A stretch of DNA of 64,000 nt from Candidatus Omnitrophota bacterium. Lineage in GTDB: Bacteria; Omnitrophota; Gorgyraeia; Gorgyraeales; Gorgyraeaceae. Below, piece by piece: positions 60,673-64,000 of this stretch. The notes under the pieces were generated by a model. That model saw nothing but the letters and a program-made list of their open reading frames with translations. It did not search any database and was not told the origin of the DNA. The number at the start of each line of letters is the position of its first letter. The stretch's first letter is position 1. Location of the stretch: the NCBI GenBank assembly GCA_043814965.1, contig JBDRJN010000003.1:1600-65599 (forward strand), read 5' to 3'. The translations under genes and the position numbers were made by a program.

Positions 60673-61359
60673 ATTGTTTAATAAGTCCGGCCTGTTATTT
60701 TTTGTTATCTTCAAGGATTCTTTTTTGCGCCATTTCTCTATTTTTCCATGGTCCCCTGAGATAAGCACATCCGGGACCTTCATGTCCTTATATACAGCTG
60801 GCCTTGTATATTGAGGGTATTCTAAAAGATCCCTGGAAAAAGATTCATCTTTATGAGAATCCTTGTTACCGAGAACGCCTGGTACCAGTCTTATAAGCGC
60901 GTCTATCATCACCATGGCAGGCAATTCTCCCCCGGTCAATACAAAATCTCCTATGGATATCTCTTCATCTATCAAGTACTCCCGGACCCTTTCATCAACT
61001 CCTTCATAATGGCCGCATAATAGCACTATATGCTCATATTTTGACATCTTTAAAGCTTTCTTCTGGTTGAACGTCTTTCCTTTTGGGCTCATAAGGATGA
61101 CTCTAGTCTTGAGCCTGGCGTCCTTGGTCTTTTTTCTTATATAGTTCATCGCTTCAAAAAAAGGCTCTAGATTCATTATCATGCCAGGGCCTCCGCCAAA
61201 AGGCCTGTCATCCACTTTTTTATGCTTGTCTTTTGAAAAGACCCTAAGGTCTATTACATCAATAGAGACCAATTCTTTTTCTATAGCCCTTTTTATAATA
61301 GATTCTCCCAGGATCCCATCGAACATCCCTGGAAAGATAGTGACTACGTCTATTTGCAT
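60640..61359 (-). CDS. trmD: tRNA (guanine-N1)-methyltransferase
   Basis: VDDRPFGGGPGM, CGHYEGVDER, SIGDFVLTGGE, LEYPQYTRP. Confidence 0.98.
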   Translation of the reverse strand: MQIDVVTIFPGMFDGILGESIIKRAIEKELVSIDVIDLRVFSKDKHKKVDDRPFGGGPGMIMNLEPFFEAMNYIRKKTKDARLKTRVILMSPKGKTFNQKKALKMSKYEHIVLLCGHYEGVDERVREYLIDEEISIGDFVLTGGELPAMVMIDALIRLVPGVLGNKDSHKDESFSRDLLEYPQYTRPAVYKDMKVPDVLISGDHGKIEKWRKKESLKITKNNRPDLLNNKLKLKDQNAK

Positions 61360-61423
61360 AGTTTGACCCGCTTATTTTTCATAGCTATCCCTTGATATCT
61401 ATGAATTGTGTAATATAACCTAA

Positions 61424-61666
61424 TTAAATAACGCCCTGTTTTTTTAAGATCACTCTTACTGTCTCAGATGGTGTCGCACCGTTAGATATCCAATATTTAG
61501 CCCTATCTTTATCCAGGGTCAAAAAAGTGGGTGTCCTTGACGGGTCATAACTACCTATCTCCTCTATTGTCTTACCGTCCCTAGGGCTTTTTTTATTACA
61601 GACTACGATCCTGCAATGAGGTTTTTTCTTTGTCCCAAATCTTTTCAATCTTATCCTTACTGACAT
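61424..61666 (-). CDS. rpsP: 30S ribosomal protein S16
   Basis: VRIRLKRFG.KK.P..RIVV...SPRDGK.IEE.G.YDP. Confidence 0.98.
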   Translation of the reverse strand: MSVRIRLKRFGTKKKPHCRIVVCNKKSPRDGKTIEEIGSYDPSRTPTFLTLDKDRAKYWISNGATPSETVRVILKKQGVI

Positions 61667-61713
61667 TTGTTCCTCCTTGTTTTTTATCGAACGAAGTATG
61701 TTTATATACTCCT

Positions 61714-62979
61714 TTATTCTTCTTTTTCCCGTCTTATCTTAGCGCCCAGGGCTTCTAATTTTTCTTTTATCTTATGATAGCCCCTATCTATATGATATAT
61801 CCTTGATATCTCGGTCTCGCCCTTGCCTACAAGGCCTGCCAAGATCAATGCTGCGCTGGCCCTTAAGTCTGATGCCATGACAGGAGCGCCGCTCAGTCTT
61901 AATACGCCTTTTACTATAGCCCTGGGGCGTTCGATCATTATCTCTGCCCCCATCCTGGCCAGTTCACTGACATGCATGAACCTCTCTGGATATATCTTTT
62001 CTGTTATTACGCTTATACCTTTTGTTATGCTCATCAATACCATCATCTGAGCCTGCATATCTGTTGGAAATCCAGGATACGGCAGTGTCGTGACATCAAC
62101 CGGCCTTAAAGACCTTACATTTTTCACGTGCAGGCCTTCTTTTACTTTCGTGATCTTCACGCCTGCATTATCCAGCTTATCTATCAAGGCCCCTAAATGA
62201 TCGATAGAGGCATGTTTTACCATCAGGTCTCCTCCTGTTATAGCAGATGCTATCATAAAAGTACCCGCCTCTATCCTGTCATATATAATAGAATAATCTG
62301 TTCCATGGAGATGCTTTACGCCTTCTATTTCAATAACAGGTGTCCCATGCCCTTTTATCTTAGCCCCCATCTTTATAAGGAACTTTGCAAGGTCATCTAT
62401 CTCTGGTTCGCATGCTGCATTTTCAATAACAGTAGTCCCTTTAGCTAATGTCGATGCCATCATGACATTTGCTGTTGCGAGCACGCTTGAACCAAAATTC
62501 CCTCCAAGATATATCCTTCCCCCTTTAAGCTGTTTTGCGGAAGCGATGATATAACCATGCTCTATTTTTATATCAGCTCCTATAGCCCGCAGCCCCTTGA
62601 TGTGAAGATCTATAGGCCTAGAGCCTATTACGCATCCTCCTGGCATAGAAACCTCAGCATGTTTTAGTTTGGCAAGGATCGGGCCAAGTACGCATACAGA
62701 AGCTCTCATAGTGCTTACTAATTTATAAGGCGCTTGGTATCCTGTGTAACCTCTGGGCTCAACAGTCACTACATTATCTTCCATGTTCACTTTAACTCCC
62801 AATACACGCATTATCCTAAGCATGGTATATACATCCCTTAAGGGAGGGACATTCCTGATAATGCTTTTGGAATCCGTAAGGAGCGTAGCAGCCAAAATAG
62901 GCAAAGCCGCGTTCTTTGAACCGCTAAGCTCGACCGTGCCTTTTAATTTTACGCCGCCCTCTATTATAAACCTATCCAT
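61714..62979 (-). CDS. murA: UDP-N-acetylglucosamine 1-carboxyvinyltransferase
   Basis: SGSKNAALP, MRAS, PGGCVIGSRP.DLH, PYPGFPTDMQ, DLRA, IDRGY. Confidence 0.98.
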   Translation of the reverse strand: MDRFIIEGGVKLKGTVELSGSKNAALPILAATLLTDSKSIIRNVPPLRDVYTMLRIMRVLGVKVNMEDNVVTVEPRGYTGYQAPYKLVSTMRASVCVLGPILAKLKHAEVSMPGGCVIGSRPIDLHIKGLRAIGADIKIEHGYIIASAKQLKGGRIYLGGNFGSSVLATANVMMASTLAKGTTVIENAACEPEIDDLAKFLIKMGAKIKGHGTPVIEIEGVKHLHGTDYSIIYDRIEAGTFMIASAITGGDLMVKHASIDHLGALIDKLDNAGVKITKVKEGLHVKNVRSLRPVDVTTLPYPGFPTDMQAQMMVLMSITKGISVITEKIYPERFMHVSELARMGAEIMIERPRAIVKGVLRLSGAPVMASDLRASAALILAGLVGKGETEISRIYHIDRGYHKIKEKLEALGAKIRREKEE

Positions 62980-63791
62980 ACTACCCTCTCTATGCCTTGA
63001 AAATCTTTTTTTGTTCTTTTGATCTTATATGACCATTGCTTAAATATGTCTTCTATATATAATAATTGATCTTTACCTATTTCCAGGACTAAAGAACCTT
63101 TTTCCCCTAGATATCTACGGCTATTCTGCGCTAAGTACCTATAGAACATAAGCCCATCTTCTCCTCCATCCAAAGCAGGTTTTGGCTCTTGCCTGACCTC
63201 TTCCTGCAAAAAATCCAGTTCACTGCTTTTTATGTAAGGGGGGTTGCACACTATTATATCAAATTTATTATTTTTATCAAATGATAAAGCTTTAAAAAGG
63301 TCGCCTACATAAAATTTTATTTTTTCTTCTACATGATGCGTGACAGCATTTCTACGCGCTATATTTATTGCCTTATCTGATATGTCAGTTGCGGATATCG
63401 ATATATCCGGCAAAGCCAATGCCAGGCTGACAGCTATATTACCTGAACCTGTGCATAGGTCTAAAATATTAGCCGTGAACCGTGAGCCGTGAATCGTGAG
63501 TATCTCGGTGACCAGGAGCTCTGTCTCAGGCCTTGGTATAAGAACATCCTCGTTGACAAAGAAGTCTCTTTCCATAAATCTAGCTGATCTTGTTATATGC
63601 TGTAACGGCACTCTCTTTAGAAGTCTCTTTATCGAGACATCATAGCTGGATTCTATATCTTCGGTTATCTCTATATTCTTTACAAAAAGGTCTTTTCTTT
63701 TGCAATTTAGAATATCTGCTAGTATAAGCTCTTTTTCTATAGCTGCGGGAGACCCTGTATATTTATTTAAAAGCTGTATAGTGTTTTTCAT
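62964..63791 (-). CDS. prmC: Release factor glutamine methyltransferase
   Basis: [28 protein letters not shown]. Confidence 0.95.
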   Translation of the reverse strand: MKNTIQLLNKYTGSPAAIEKELILADILNCKRKDLFVKNIEITEDIESSYDVSIKRLLKRVPLQHITRSARFMERDFFVNEDVLIPRPETELLVTEILTIHGSRFTANILDLCTGSGNIAVSLALALPDISISATDISDKAINIARRNAVTHHVEEKIKFYVGDLFKALSFDKNNKFDIIVCNPPYIKSSELDFLQEEVRQEPKPALDGGEDGLMFYRYLAQNSRRYLGEKGSLVLEIGKDQLLYIEDIFKQWSYKIKRTKKDFQGIERVVWIGL

Positions 63792-64000
63792 TTTTCTTTA
63801 CCAAGCTTCAGTCTTTTTTCAGCCTGCATCAAGGCCTCCAGGATCTCGCCCAGCTCTCCCTCGATAACCCTGTCAAGTTTATGTATAGTAAAGCCTATTC
63901 TATGATCTGTTATGCGCCTATCCGGAAAATTATATGTACGTATCTTTTCGCTGCGGTCTCCAGAGCCGACCTGCTTTTTCCTGTCACTTGCCTGTTTTTT
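63788..64000 (-). CDS. prfA: Peptide chain release factor 1 (3' part)
   Basis: Manual translation [30 protein letters not shown]...; stop overlaps prmC start. Confidence 0.95.
   Translation of the reverse strand, partial: KKQASDRKKQVGSGDRSEKIRTYNFPDRRITDHRIGFTIHKLDRVIEGELGEILEALMQAEKRLKLGKEK

Overview
AT-rich bacterial chromosome segment in which every credible gene (about 65 CDS plus one tRNA) lies on the minus strand. It looks like core genome of an anaerobe of the PVC/Omnitrophota neighbourhood. This is inferred from a PVC-signature small basic protein, an rpsP-trmD-rplS block without rimM, and the metabolic content. Contents are housekeeping genes (rnc, aroB/aroQ, accBC, efp, lepAB, trpBA, rpsU/rpsP/rplS, trmD, murA, prmC, prfA, heptose genes) and a near-complete Wood-Ljungdahl pathway split into two clusters: fhs-fchA-folD-metF-cooC-cooS-cooF-FAD/NAD oxidoreductase-acsB-acsC, and acsV-cooC-acsD-acsE. 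The most unusual signals are non-coding. (1) A c-di-GMP-I riboswitch appears to control a structured, protein-less ~220-nt RNA rather than a gene. (2) A family of exactly 26-bp GTAG...TTAA...CTAC palindromes is nested inside other structured elements. (3) A two-copy MITE-like element shows compensatory base changes and has different palindromic flanks. (4) A ~120-bp mini-element is built from tRNA-Gly 3'-end mimics. (5) AT-rich inverted-arm elements and 7-bp tandem arrays invade gene junctions and coding sequences. rnhB is frameshifted in an A10 tract. No transposase, integrase, CRISPR array or rRNA was found. All calls are from motif recognition by eye; no database search was run.
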